From positions 390,812 through 454,811 of the forward strand of contig JARGPR010000001.1 in assembly GCA_029210125.1 (NCBI GenBank): a stretch of DNA of 64,000 bases, written 5' to 3'. The first letter of the stretch is position 1. Every line of letters begins with the position of its first letter. This stretch comes from Pseudomonadales bacterium (GTDB taxonomy: Bacteria > Pseudomonadota > Gammaproteobacteria > Pseudomonadales > JAHRWD01). The position numbers and the translations under genes were made by a program. This document shows positions 21,448 through 30,887 of the stretch, one piece after another. The notes below the pieces were generated by a model, which ran no database searches, had not been told where the DNA came from, and worked only from the letters and a program-made list of their open reading frames with translations.

Positions 21448-21849
21448 CTACAAAGCGGCAAAATTGGCTTCAATTCTTTGCATTAGTTGTGTTATTTCAC
21501 GTTGCCATGCGCCTTCCTGATCCGAAGTCCACCTATCCCCGATGGCCCCCTTTACGGCTTTGTGAAAGGATTGAAAAAGCTGCAAATACATAATTGGCTT
21601 CACGCCATTTGCGGAGTGTGTTTTTACTTCGAAATGAATGACGTCTACCTTTGGTGTGCCTTCAGGCATCATAACCATCATGATGAGCGCATTCAGCATC
21701 CTTCCACGCATAAGGTGATCCATATGCTCCATTAAGGATATGGATTCAGGACTTACTTCAAAAAAATCTTTATAAGTAGGCTCGGTTACGTCAATGCCCT
21801 CCTCAGCAACTAACTCTAGGGTAGATAAAATTGTATCGATGTCGGACAT
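21448..21849 (-). CDS. Single-domain bacterial globin-like protein
   Basis: 133 aa. It aligns by eye to Vitreoscilla-type haemoglobin. TYKDFFEVSPESISLM corresponds to the B-helix FYKNLFAKHPEVRPLF (Tyr B10). VKTHSANGVKPIMYLQLFQSFHKAV corresponds to [24 protein letters not shown] (proximal His F8). Confidence 0.65.
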   Translation of the reverse strand: MSDIDTILSTLELVAEEGIDVTEPTYKDFFEVSPESISLMEHMDHLMRGRMLNALIMMVMMPEGTPKVDVIHFEVKTHSANGVKPIMYLQLFQSFHKAVKGAIGDRWTSDQEGAWQREITQLMQRIEANFAAL

Positions 21850-22033
21850 AAATAAACTCCTGGTTGAGCGGGGAAACTGATTTTGACTAAATTATTGTGG
21901 CACAGAGGTTATACGTTTTGTGCTTCAAATAGTAGCGGACTCGGCGAACTGCATCATATTTGTGCGTGTTTCCTGATCTTGGTCAAAATCGCCATATTTG
22001 CACGGCGAACCTGTTATCTATCCCTTCAACATA

Positions 22034-22069
22034 AAGGGGCGCGCATTGATTTTTATATCAGGCCCCCTT
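22034..22069 (-). terminator. Weak candidate terminator after the MCP gene
   Basis: AAGGGGC (22034-22040) pairs with GCCCC(C)TT (22062-22069) around a long AT-rich loop, immediately after the MCP stop. On the minus strand it is followed by TTTATGTT. The stem is imperfect and the loop is long. Confidence 0.3.
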
Positions 22070-22071
22070 AT

Positions 22072-24036
22072 CTATACAGATTGATCAAAGCTCTTTGAAT
22101 TGAACTCAATGCCTAAAGTTTGGCAAATGATTCTGATCTGTGTATCCACATTTTGGCTAATGTCAGAGCACATTAAATTAGCGGTTTCAGATTGGTTTTT
22201 TACCTGCTTCATTGATTGCTCAAAGGTATTGATGGTTTTGATATACGCTTCAATTTGGTCAACGCTCTGTTTGGCAGAAATAGTACTACGCTCAGCGTCA
22301 TCGTACATACTGATCGCCATATCCTGGAGTTGTATAACCGATTTTTGCTGCTCAGACGTTGCACTGCTAATAGCCAGTCCACTGTTCTGTATGTTCAGAG
22401 AGCCACTGCTAAGGTGTTTTAGCATACCTGTGATATCTCCAAGAGAGTTTTGAGTGCTAGTTGATAGATTACGCACCTCATCAGCGACTACCGAAAACCC
22501 TCGGCCGTGCTCACCCGCCCTTGCGGCCTCGATGGCAGCATTGAGTGCCAATAAATTGGTTTGCTCTGAAATAGCGCTAATATCACTCACGATAGAGGAA
22601 ATGCCATTAATTGATGTTTGGAGTGTCGACACGGCTTTTTGGTTACCCTCAACGGAATCATTAGTCGTATCTGTAACTGACTGAACTTGATCGAGAAATT
22701 CACGCCATTGTGTCATCGACTGGCTGATTTTTTTTGCGTCCGACTGCGCACCATAGGAATTACGTGAGAGTATTTCAGACATCACATGTAAGTCGTTCAT
22801 TAACGCCTGTGCGCTTTCTACATAGATATCCGTTTGTTTGTTTACCGATGAGACCATCGATAGTTGCTGCTGTATCTCTTTCAGAACATTGGCAACTTGA
22901 GCGAAGTGTAGAGATTTTTCCTTTTGTTCCTCTTTTAAGTGACCAATTAATGCATTGAATAAAGCAGTTAATTTGCCTATTTCAGTGCCGGGACGATCAA
23001 CGGGTATTTGAGTTGCGACACCGTTTGAGTTAAGAGAAACAAGTGCTATCTTGAATCTGTTAATTGGTTTCAAGATAGCGCTTTTTTGTACATAAATAAG
23101 CCACATTAAAAACAGAGTAATGAGGGCGCTAAGGAGATAGAGGCTCTCAAGAACTCGTTGTTCACTTCTCTCCCTGTGTTGGCGTACATGGGCTTCAGCT
23201 GAACGCACAGTTTCGTCAATCGTATTAAATCGACGAGTTATTTCAAGTTTGCTGGCTTTTTGTTGTTGGATGAGGGCTTCAGTATTTTTTACTTCTTTGG
23301 CATAACGCCCGGCTAGGAAATTTAGTTCAGACAGGGGTTCTTCCCCAGAATCAGCCTGTTCTTCGTCGAAATCGAAATCATCGACCTCCGCTGATACTTC
23401 CTCATATACCCCCAAAAGAGGTAGCGTTTGTAACTCCTTAGCGGCGCTGAGCAGGCCTTCTATGGATTGCTCAAGACTGCTATAGGATACTTCAGCCATC
23501 GGGTCAAAATAGCCTTGTCGTTGGTGAATAACTTTCCCAATTTGAGCAGCCAATCGACGGATATGAGGAAGGTAGCTGATGGCATCTTGATTGCCCTGCA
23601 GAAGAGCTGTTTCGCTATATTGCATGAGACTTTCAGTATAACCTTGCATCTCTCGTTCAGCGTTAAGCAGTAAAGCCTGTGGGTCTCCACTTAGCTTGCC
23701 GGCCGCCCGATACTTGCCGTTAAGGTCTCGAGTCAATGAGCTTATTAGTGGTCGGATCTCCTCTTGCATAACCGCAGGCAAAATATGGAGTTGCTCTTCT
23801 AGCTTCTCGAATTCTTGTTCCGCTTGGAACAGCAGGGCTGCATTCCCTGTGGCAACATAACTATAAATCGTTCCTTTGACGTTATAGCCGCTAAAGGTTT
23901 TTAGTTCGTTGAACTTCGTTTCTGCTTTTATATTTTCAGAAAATGTATTGTTGACCCAATTGGTAACAATTAGCAGGGAGGTGGTTAGTGCAAAAGCGAC
24001 AAAAAAAATTATTTGTACTACACGTTTTATCTTCAT
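22072..24036 (-). CDS. Methyl-accepting chemotaxis protein with a large helical periplasmic sensor domain
   Basis: 654 aa. Two TM segments (about aa 8-28 and 297-317) bracket a helical domain of about 270 aa. It has a HAMP domain and the highly conserved signalling domain [35 protein letters not shown]. Confidence 0.9.
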   Translation of the reverse strand: MKIKRVVQIIFFVAFALTTSLLIVTNWVNNTFSENIKAETKFNELKTFSGYNVKGTIYSYVATGNAALLFQAEQEFEKLEEQLHILPAVMQEEIRPLISSLTRDLNGKYRAAGKLSGDPQALLLNAEREMQGYTESLMQYSETALLQGNQDAISYLPHIRRLAAQIGKVIHQRQGYFDPMAEVSYSSLEQSIEGLLSAAKELQTLPLLGVYEEVSAEVDDFDFDEEQADSGEEPLSELNFLAGRYAKEVKNTEALIQQQKASKLEITRRFNTIDETVRSAEAHVRQHRERSEQRVLESLYLLSALITLFLMWLIYVQKSAILKPINRFKIALVSLNSNGVATQIPVDRPGTEIGKLTALFNALIGHLKEEQKEKSLHFAQVANVLKEIQQQLSMVSSVNKQTDIYVESAQALMNDLHVMSEILSRNSYGAQSDAKKISQSMTQWREFLDQVQSVTDTTNDSVEGNQKAVSTLQTSINGISSIVSDISAISEQTNLLALNAAIEAARAGEHGRGFSVVADEVRNLSTSTQNSLGDITGMLKHLSSGSLNIQNSGLAISSATSEQQKSVIQLQDMAISMYDDAERSTISAKQSVDQIEAYIKTINTFEQSMKQVKNQSETANLMCSDISQNVDTQIRIICQTLGIEFNSKSFDQSV

Positions 24037-24199
24037 TAAGTGTTCCTGAGTAGCGCTATTGATCGATCTAAATATAGCCTACATAGAACAACTAAATATG
24101 AAGGTTTTGTTACAAATATCCGCTGGGAATATAGGGGCGTTGGTTGCTTTTCTGTGGTATTTGGTACAAAAAGTTATTTTGCTAAACAATAAAGACCGC

Positions 24200-24229
24200 G
24201 GGATAGATGCGCTGGGTGCGCATATCCCC
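24200..24229. repeat. Imperfect inverted repeat GGGATAgATGCGC-N5-GCGCATATCCCC
   Basis: Read directly from the sequence. It has 12 paired positions with one bulged G and a 5-nt spacer TGGGT. It lies in the divergent MCP/prkA intergenic region. Confidence 0.6.
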
Positions 24230-24424
24230 AAAAGTGTTGATTAACTTCTGAACTACAAAGAATACTGGTGCTCTTCGTCACGTAACTGGTCTTCTTTAGA
24301 GAAGGTGTCAGAAACGAATCGATATGTTGCGATACATCCCTTGTTCATAGGTTGTATGTGGTATTGGGGTTAGAAGCAGTTCTAACAAATCTAATGCGTT
24401 GCGAGGAAATAAATTGAGGCAACA

Positions 24425-24476
24425 GGATGAATAATCGATGAATTGTACTAGATGGAATGAATCGAGATGGATGAAT
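24425..24476 (+). repeat. Array of four GGATGAAT-like direct repeats
   Basis: GGATGAAT (24425-24432), cGATGAAT (24436-24443), GGAATGAAT (24454-24462) and GGATGAAT (24469-24476). The ATGAAT cores start at offsets 0, 11, 30 and 44 nt. Confidence 0.7.
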
Positions 24477-24594
24477 TTTTCGAATACAAATATATTGAAT
24501 TACAGCCAGAATTTTATGGGGCTGTATAGGATATCCTCAAATTAATATTCGAAACTAGATGCAGAAGTAGTGTTTCGTACACGCAAAAAATAGT

Positions 24595-24610
24595 TGGTTC
24601 ATTTATTGCT
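24595..24610 (+). promoter_or_regulatory. Candidate sigma54 (-24/-12) promoter for prkA-yeaH-spoVR
   Basis: TGGTTCATTTATTGCT has GG (24596-24597) and GC (24608-24609) at the canonical 12-nt register of TGGCACG-N4-TTGCW. It lies about 170 nt upstream of the prkA ATG. Confidence 0.35.
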
Positions 24611-24780
24611 GGTATTTATGTGAACGCAAATTATAGTCAAATACATGACTTTATTTTGAAAAACTGAACTAGCATTAATTTAAGCGCACTAATAAGGCAT
24701 TGTTTTTTGAAAAAATGGAGTAGTACTTAAAAGTTTCTAACATACGACATTCTTTAGGCCCTATTATGGAGGGGTGTTCG

Positions 24781-26703
24781 ATGAGTATATTCAGCAGTTA
24801 TCAGTCTCGTTATGAAGTGAGTCAGGACGAAGAATACAGTCTTCAGGAGTATCTTGATCTCTGCAAATCAGACCCATCTACCTATGCGTCAGCGGCAGAA
24901 AGAATGCTTACCGCAATCGGCGAGCCGATGGTAATCGACACCTCTTCAGATCCTCGACTCAGTAGAATATTTTCTAATAAGGTTATTCAAACCTACCCCA
25001 CATTCAGCGAATTCTACGGAATGGAAGAGGCAATTGAACAAATTGTCGCCTATTTCAAGCACGCCGCCCAAGGGTTGGAGGAGCACAAGCAAATTCTATA
25101 TTTGCTTGGCCCAGTTGGGGGCGGTAAATCTTCAATCTCCGAAAAGCTAAAGGAATTAATTCAAAAAGTACCTTTTTATGCGGTCAAAGGATCACCGATT
25201 AATGAGTCTCCTTTAGGTTTGTTTGATCTAACCGAAGATGGACAGATCTTGCTGGAAGACTACGGGATACCTCAACGTTACCTCAAAACATCAATGTCTC
25301 CCTGGGCCGCAAAGCGATTGCAGGAATACAATGGTGATATTACCAAGTTTCGAGTAGTGAAGCGGTACCCATCAGTTTTGAGTCAGATAGCGGTCGCAAA
25401 AACTGAACCTGGTGATGAAAACAATCAGGATATTTCAGCTCTGGTAGGTAAAGTTGATATTCGTAAACTTGAGGAATTTGCACAAAACGATCCGGATGCC
25501 TATTCATATTCAGGTGGCCTTTGCTTGGCCAACCAGGGTCTTCTGGAATTTGTTGAAATGTTTAAGGCACCGATCAAAGTGCTACACCCACTATTAACCG
25601 CAACCCAGGAGAGAAATTACAACGGAACAGAGGGGATGGGTGGAATACCATTTGATGGCATTGTGTTAGCTCACTCTAATGAATCAGAATGGCAAACGTT
25701 CCGCAATAATAAAAACAACGAAGCCTTTATTGATCGGGTTTATATCGTAAAAATTCCCTATAGCTTAAGAGTTCGAGATGAAGTCGATATCTACGAAAAA
25801 TTGCTGGAAAATAGTTCGTTATCCCAGGCACACTGTGCACCGGACACGTTACGTTTGTTGGCTCAATTTAGTGTCTTAACACGACTAAAAGAGCCTGAGA
25901 ACTCAAGTATATTTTCCAAAATGAGAATATACGATGGCGAGAACCTAAAAGATATTGATCCAAATGCAAAGTCGTACCAGGAATACAAAGATGTTGCAGG
26001 CGTAGATGAAGGAATGGATGGCCTTTCCACCCGATTTGCCTTTAAGATCTTGTCGAAAGTGTTTAATTATGACCACTCAGAAGTAGCCGCGAATCCAGTT
26101 CATCTGCTTCATGTTCTATCTGAACAAATTGAGCAACAACAGTTTCCCAAGGAAAAAGGCGAAAACTACGTACGATTTATCAAGGAGTTTCTAACCCCAC
26201 GTTATATCGAATTTATTGGTAAAGAAATTCAGACAGCCTATCTTGAGTCCTACTCCGAGTATGGGCAGAATATTTTTGATCGCTACGTAATGTATGCAGA
26301 TTACTGGATACAGGATCAGGAATTTCGTGACCCTGATACAGGTGAAATATTTGATCGAGCTGCACTGAATGAAGAACTCGAAAAAATTGAAAAACCAGCC
26401 GGTATTAGTAACCCCAAAGACTTCAGAAATGAAGTGGTCAACTTTGTATTACGTGCGAAGGCCAATAATGAAGGGAAAAACCCAGCCTGGTCTAGTTACC
26501 AAAAACTTAGAACAGTGATTGAGAAGAAAATGTTTTCCAGCACAGAAGACCTTCTTCCAGTTATTTCCTTCAATGCGAAAAACTCCAGTGATGACAAACA
26601 AAAACACGATGATTTTGTGGCAAGAATGGTCGATCGTGGTTATACCGAAAAACAGGTCCGCTTACTTGCCGAGTGGTATTTGAGAGTCCGTAAATCCCAG
26701 TAG
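24781..26703 (+). CDS. prkA: PrkA/YeaG family serine protein kinase (AAA+-like)
   Basis: MSIFSSYQSRYEVSQDEEYSLQEYLDLCKSDPSTYASAAERMLTAIGEP parallels the E. coli YeaG N-terminus. Walker A is GPVGGGKSS. I chose ATG 24781 because GGAGG (24768-24772) sits 8 nt upstream. The ORF-track ATG at 24766 lies immediately upstream of, and abuts, that SD. Confidence 0.92.
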   Translation: MSIFSSYQSRYEVSQDEEYSLQEYLDLCKSDPSTYASAAERMLTAIGEPMVIDTSSDPRLSRIFSNKVIQTYPTFSEFYGMEEAIEQIVAYFKHAAQGLEEHKQILYLLGPVGGGKSSISEKLKELIQKVPFYAVKGSPINESPLGLFDLTEDGQILLEDYGIPQRYLKTSMSPWAAKRLQEYNGDITKFRVVKRYPSVLSQIAVAKTEPGDENNQDISALVGKVDIRKLEEFAQNDPDAYSYSGGLCLANQGLLEFVEMFKAPIKVLHPLLTATQERNYNGTEGMGGIPFDGIVLAHSNESEWQTFRNNKNNEAFIDRVYIVKIPYSLRVRDEVDIYEKLLENSSLSQAHCAPDTLRLLAQFSVLTRLKEPENSSIFSKMRIYDGENLKDIDPNAKSYQEYKDVAGVDEGMDGLSTRFAFKILSKVFNYDHSEVAANPVHLLHVLSEQIEQQQFPKEKGENYVRFIKEFLTPRYIEFIGKEIQTAYLESYSEYGQNIFDRYVMYADYWIQDQEFRDPDTGEIFDRAALNEELEKIEKPAGISNPKDFRNEVVNFVLRAKANNEGKNPAWSSYQKLRTVIEKKMFSSTEDLLPVISFNAKNSSDDKQKHDDFVARMVDRGYTEKQVRLLAEWYLRVRKSQ

Positions 26704-26778
26704 TTAACATTGGTAGTGAATACTAGCAGTGGATAACGGGAGAGCTATAAAAGCGATACGGGTATAAGGGAGCAAGGT

Positions 26779-28053
26779 ATGAGCTATATCGTAGATCGAA
26801 GGCTCAATGGCAAAGATAAAAGCAGCGTCAATCGGCAGCGTTTTCTTGATCGTTACAAAAAACAAATTAGGGAAGCGGTGTCAGACGCAGCAAGTCAGCG
26901 AAGTATCACCGATGTTGAGTCGGGAGAGCAGATCACCATACCTCAACGTAATATCAGCGAGCCGATATTTCAGCACGGCCAGGGAGGAGATCGAACTATC
27001 ATCCATCCCGGTAACAAGGAGTTTGCAACGGGAGATCAGCTACAGCGTCCAGAAACCGGGGGTGGCGGTAGCGGTTCTGGAGAAGCCAGCGACAGTGGCG
27101 AGGGTAGCGATGAATTTATGTTTTCACTGTCCAGAGAAGAGTACCTGGATTTTCTTTTCGATGACCTGGCGCTACCTAATCTTATCAAGCAGCATTTGAA
27201 AGGTACTGATAGTTTCAGGTTTAAGCATGCCGGTGTGGTAAGCGAGGGCAACCCTTCCAAAATTAATATAGTTAGATCGATGCGTACCTCCCTTAGTCGC
27301 CGCCTAGCGTTGGGCGGAAGCTCGCGGGCGCGAATTAAAGAAGCCAGGCGCGAACTAGAATTGCTACGTGAAGAAGAGATAAACGTCGAACGCCAGCAAG
27401 CAATACTTCTATTAGAGGAAGAGATAAAGACACTCACCGAACGGTTAGCACGTATCCCGTATCTGGATACCTATGACCTTCGCTACAACCATCATGTGAA
27501 GGATCCTGTCCCAACATCCCAAGCGGTGATGTTTTGTCTTATGGATGTTTCAGGCTCGATGACGCAGCCAATGAAAGAGATGGCGAAACGTTTTTACATG
27601 CTGCTTTACCTGTTTCTAGAGCGCAGTTACGAGAAAACCGAGATCGTATTTATACGCCACCACACATCCGCCAAAGAGGTTGATGAGCAAGAATTTTTTT
27701 ATTCCCGTGAGACTGGCGGAACCGTTGTTTCAAGTGCTCTTAAGCTGATGGATGAAATCATCACTGATCGTTATCCAGTAGACCAGTGGAATATATATGG
27801 TGCGCAGGCGTCCGATGGCGATAACTGGAATGATGATTCGCCAGTCTGTAAAAAGTTTTTGACCGAGAAATTGCTACCGATCACTCAATATTTTACCTAT
27901 GTTGAAATTACCCCCCGCACCCACCAATCACTCTGGGATCAGTACCAATTGATTGAGCAAGAGTGTGGTGACCGCTTTGCCATGCAGGAGATCAAAGATC
28001 TTGCGGATATCTATCCGGTATTCCGTGAACTTTTTCATCGGAGAGAATCATGA
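26779..28053 (+). CDS. yeaH: YeaH/YhbH family protein (DUF444, VWA-like)
   Basis: [23 protein letters not shown] is the N-terminus. It has a glycine/serine-rich acidic linker and a VWA-like MIDAS region [10 protein letters not shown]. It follows prkA. Confidence 0.9.
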   Translation: MSYIVDRRLNGKDKSSVNRQRFLDRYKKQIREAVSDAASQRSITDVESGEQITIPQRNISEPIFQHGQGGDRTIIHPGNKEFATGDQLQRPETGGGGSGSGEASDSGEGSDEFMFSLSREEYLDFLFDDLALPNLIKQHLKGTDSFRFKHAGVVSEGNPSKINIVRSMRTSLSRRLALGGSSRARIKEARRELELLREEEINVERQQAILLLEEEIKTLTERLARIPYLDTYDLRYNHHVKDPVPTSQAVMFCLMDVSGSMTQPMKEMAKRFYMLLYLFLERSYEKTEIVFIRHHTSAKEVDEQEFFYSRETGGTVVSSALKLMDEIITDRYPVDQWNIYGAQASDGDNWNDDSPVCKKFLTEKLLPITQYFTYVEITPRTHQSLWDQYQLIEQECGDRFAMQEIKDLADIYPVFRELFHRRES

Positions 28054-29618
28054 GTGAAACTCGTAAGAAGGAAAAATGTCAACCGATCTCAGAGGGGTCG
28101 GAGTGGACCTTTGATCTTATTGAACAATATGATTTGGAAATAGCTCGGGTTGCCGAACATTATGGGTTGGATACTTACCCCAACCAAATTGAAATCATCA
28201 GCTCAGAACAGATGATGGATGCTTATTCATCTATTGGTATGCCGGTTGGATACAACCACTGGTCCTTCGGTAAACAGTTTATTTCGGTCAATCAAAATTA
28301 CAAAAGGGGAGTGATGGGGCTAGCCTATGAAATTGTTATCAATTCCAACCCCTGCATAGCCTATCTGATGGAAGAAAACAGCATGACCATGCAAGCTTTG
28401 GTGATCGCTCATGCTTGTTATGGTCACAACTCATTTTTCAAAAACAATTATCTGTTTAAGACCTGGACCGACGCCTCTTCAATAATTGATTATTTGGTAT
28501 TTGCTAAAAACTATATTGCTAAATGCGAGGAACGTCATGGTGTATCGGAAGTAGAAAGCTTGTTGGACTCTTGTCACGCCCTTATGAACTATGGAGTTGA
28601 TCGCTACAAACGGCCGTATCCAATCTCCGTTGAATTAGAAAGACAACGACAAAAAGAGCGGGAAGAGTATCAGCAATCTCAGGTCAATGAATTGTGGAGA
28701 ACTATTCCCGGCGATACTCAAACCCGCAGAGCAGGGGATAAAAAAATACAGTTCCCACAGGAACCACAGGAAAATTTACTCTATTTCATTGAAAAGAATG
28801 CACCGAGACTAGAGCCCTGGCAGCGCGAAGTGGTGCGTATAGTACGTAAAACAGCGCAGTATTTTTACCCCCAGCGACAAACCCAGGTGATGAATGAAGG
28901 GTGGGCGACTTTCTGGCATTACACCTTACTCAACCATCTCTATGATGAAGGGAAAGTGAGTGACGGGTTTATGCTTGAGTTTCTTCAATCCCATACTGGC
29001 GTGGTTTTCCAGCCACACTTTGATCACCCCGGTTATAGCGGTATCAACCCCTATGCATTAGGGTTTTCAATGTTTTGTGATATCCGCAGAATTTGTGAAA
29101 GCCCCACCGAGGAAGATCGGCAGTGGTTTCCAGATATTGCAGGTTCGGATTGGTTGAGTACTCTGCACTTTGCGATGCAAAACTTTAAGGATGAGAGTTT
29201 TATTCTGCAGTATTTGTCACCTCGTCTAATGCGAGAGATGAGGTTTTTTACCGTTCATGACGACGATAAGAAGGAGATGTTGGAGATCGGTGCCATCCAC
29301 GATGAGCAAGGCTATCAAAAAATTCGGGAAGATTTGGCACGGCAGTATAACCTCAGCGTTAATGAACCAGATATACAGGTAGTCAATGTTGATCTTCATG
29401 GTGATCGCTCTATATCTCTTCGACATAAGCGTCAACAACGCAGGCCCCTTGGTGATACCACTGAAGAGGTGATGCGACACGTGCATCGCCTGTGGTCATT
29501 TCCTGTCCATATAGAATCCTCATGCGATGGAAAAATTGAGAAAAACTACCACTGTCCACCACGGGCCAAAACAGACCCCTCGTTATTTGGAATGGGGTTT
29601 AATTTTATGGGCGTGTAG
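28050..29618 (+). CDS. SpoVR family protein (YcgB-like)
   Basis: 522 aa. Typical SpoVR blocks are [37 protein letters not shown] and [12 protein letters not shown]. The start overlaps the yeaH stop (ATGA). Confidence 0.9.
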   Translation: MSETRKKEKCQPISEGSEWTFDLIEQYDLEIARVAEHYGLDTYPNQIEIISSEQMMDAYSSIGMPVGYNHWSFGKQFISVNQNYKRGVMGLAYEIVINSNPCIAYLMEENSMTMQALVIAHACYGHNSFFKNNYLFKTWTDASSIIDYLVFAKNYIAKCEERHGVSEVESLLDSCHALMNYGVDRYKRPYPISVELERQRQKEREEYQQSQVNELWRTIPGDTQTRRAGDKKIQFPQEPQENLLYFIEKNAPRLEPWQREVVRIVRKTAQYFYPQRQTQVMNEGWATFWHYTLLNHLYDEGKVSDGFMLEFLQSHTGVVFQPHFDHPGYSGINPYALGFSMFCDIRRICESPTEEDRQWFPDIAGSDWLSTLHFAMQNFKDESFILQYLSPRLMREMRFFTVHDDDKKEMLEIGAIHDEQGYQKIREDLARQYNLSVNEPDIQVVNVDLHGDRSISLRHKRQQRRPLGDTTEEVMRHVHRLWSFPVHIESSCDGKIEKNYHCPPRAKTDPSLFGMGFNFMGV

Positions 29619-29692
29619 AGTCTCATTTAACTAGCGTGTAGCATCTCTTAATATTAGGTTCAGTTGATCTTCTGCCACTAGAGGGCTATGCG

Positions 29693-30808
29693 ATGAAAAT
29701 AGGGGTTCCAAAAGAGTTAAAGAATCAGGAGCATCGAGTTGGACTGGTTCCCGGCGCAGCACGCGAGCTTATTCTCGGTGGCCATCAGGTTTTGGTAGAA
29801 ACTGGAGCAGGTGCAGGGATTGGGTACAGTGATCAGCATTATCTTGAGGTTGGTGCGCAAGTTTGCTTCGATGTAGGTCAACTATTTTTGGAAGCCGACC
29901 TTATCGTTAAGGTAAAGGAGCCTTTAGAAGCCGAGCGTAAAAAATTACGAGCGGGACAAATACTGTTTACCTATCTGCATCTTGCTGCCAACCAACAACT
30001 TACCCAGGAATTGGTTGGCAGCGGTGCGAGCTGCATCGCCTATGAAACTGTTACCAGCACAAAGGGTGAGTTACCGTTGCTGGCTCCTATGTCAGAAGTC
30101 GCGGGGCGAATGTCGATACAGGCCGGTGCATATTGCCTTGAGAAATCCCACGGCGGTGCCGGTGTATTGCTTGCAGGTGTAGCGGGTACTCTGCCCGGAA
30201 AAGTAGTGGTGATTGGCGCGGGGGTAGTGGGCATCAACGCGACTCAAATTGCCGCAGGTCTAGGTGCGCGGGTAGTCGCACTGGACCGTTCGATTGAACG
30301 TTTGAGGGTATTGGAGCATTTATTCCCTAGCCGGGTAGAAACCCTGTTTTCAACCACCCATGCCATTGAAACCCAGGTACTGGATGCGGATCTGGTGATT
30401 GGCGCGGTGCTTGTCAGCGGTGCCCGTGCACCCTGTCTGGTGAGTGAGCAGGTGGTTAAACAGATGAAGCCAGGCTCCGCTATTGTTGATGTCGCGATAG
30501 ACCAGGGTGGCTGCATAGAAACTTCCAGGCCTACCAGTCATGATTCCCCCACCTTTATTCAGCATGGGGTTGTGCATTACGGAGTCACCAATATGCCGGG
30601 AGCAGTTGCAAAGACCTCAAGTTATGCCTTGAATCACGCGACCTTGCCTTATATTCAGCAACTTGCCAATCTTGGTTTGAATGAGGCTTTAAAACAGAAC
30701 CCAGGCCTAAGAGATGGACTGAATATCCATCAGAGGCAGGTGACTCAGCAAGCAGTAGCTGAGCTGTTTGATTACCCCTTTACGGATACGATTCAATTAT
30801 TTTTATAG
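29693..30808 (+). CDS. ald: Alanine dehydrogenase
   Basis: MKIGVPKELKNQEHRVGL N-terminus and the Rossmann motif VVVIGAGVVGINA. 371 aa. Confidence 0.92.
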   Translation: MKIGVPKELKNQEHRVGLVPGAARELILGGHQVLVETGAGAGIGYSDQHYLEVGAQVCFDVGQLFLEADLIVKVKEPLEAERKKLRAGQILFTYLHLAANQQLTQELVGSGASCIAYETVTSTKGELPLLAPMSEVAGRMSIQAGAYCLEKSHGGAGVLLAGVAGTLPGKVVVIGAGVVGINATQIAAGLGARVVALDRSIERLRVLEHLFPSRVETLFSTTHAIETQVLDADLVIGAVLVSGARAPCLVSEQVVKQMKPGSAIVDVAIDQGGCIETSRPTSHDSPTFIQHGVVHYGVTNMPGAVAKTSSYALNHATLPYIQQLANLGLNEALKQNPGLRDGLNIHQRQVTQQAVAELFDYPFTDTIQLFL

Positions 30809-30824
30809 GTCTGCCAAACAGACC
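30808..30824 (+). terminator. Weak hairpin at the ald stop
   Basis: GGTCTG-CCAAA-CAGACC is a perfect 6-bp stem overlapping the TAG. No clear U-run follows. Confidence 0.25.
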
Positions 30825-30887
30825 CTGGCAAATGCTTTATCTCTGATATGATGCGCGACCCTTAGCGTTCGTTACAGCCTTCAGATT

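Noticed and set aside
24059-24244. A 61-aa ORF in the long MCP/prkA intergenic region.
   Set aside because: It has a TTG start with no recognisable Shine-Dalgarno and AT-rich composition. The hydrophobic stretch is short and there are no conserved motifs. A small membrane peptide cannot be excluded without ribosome profiling.
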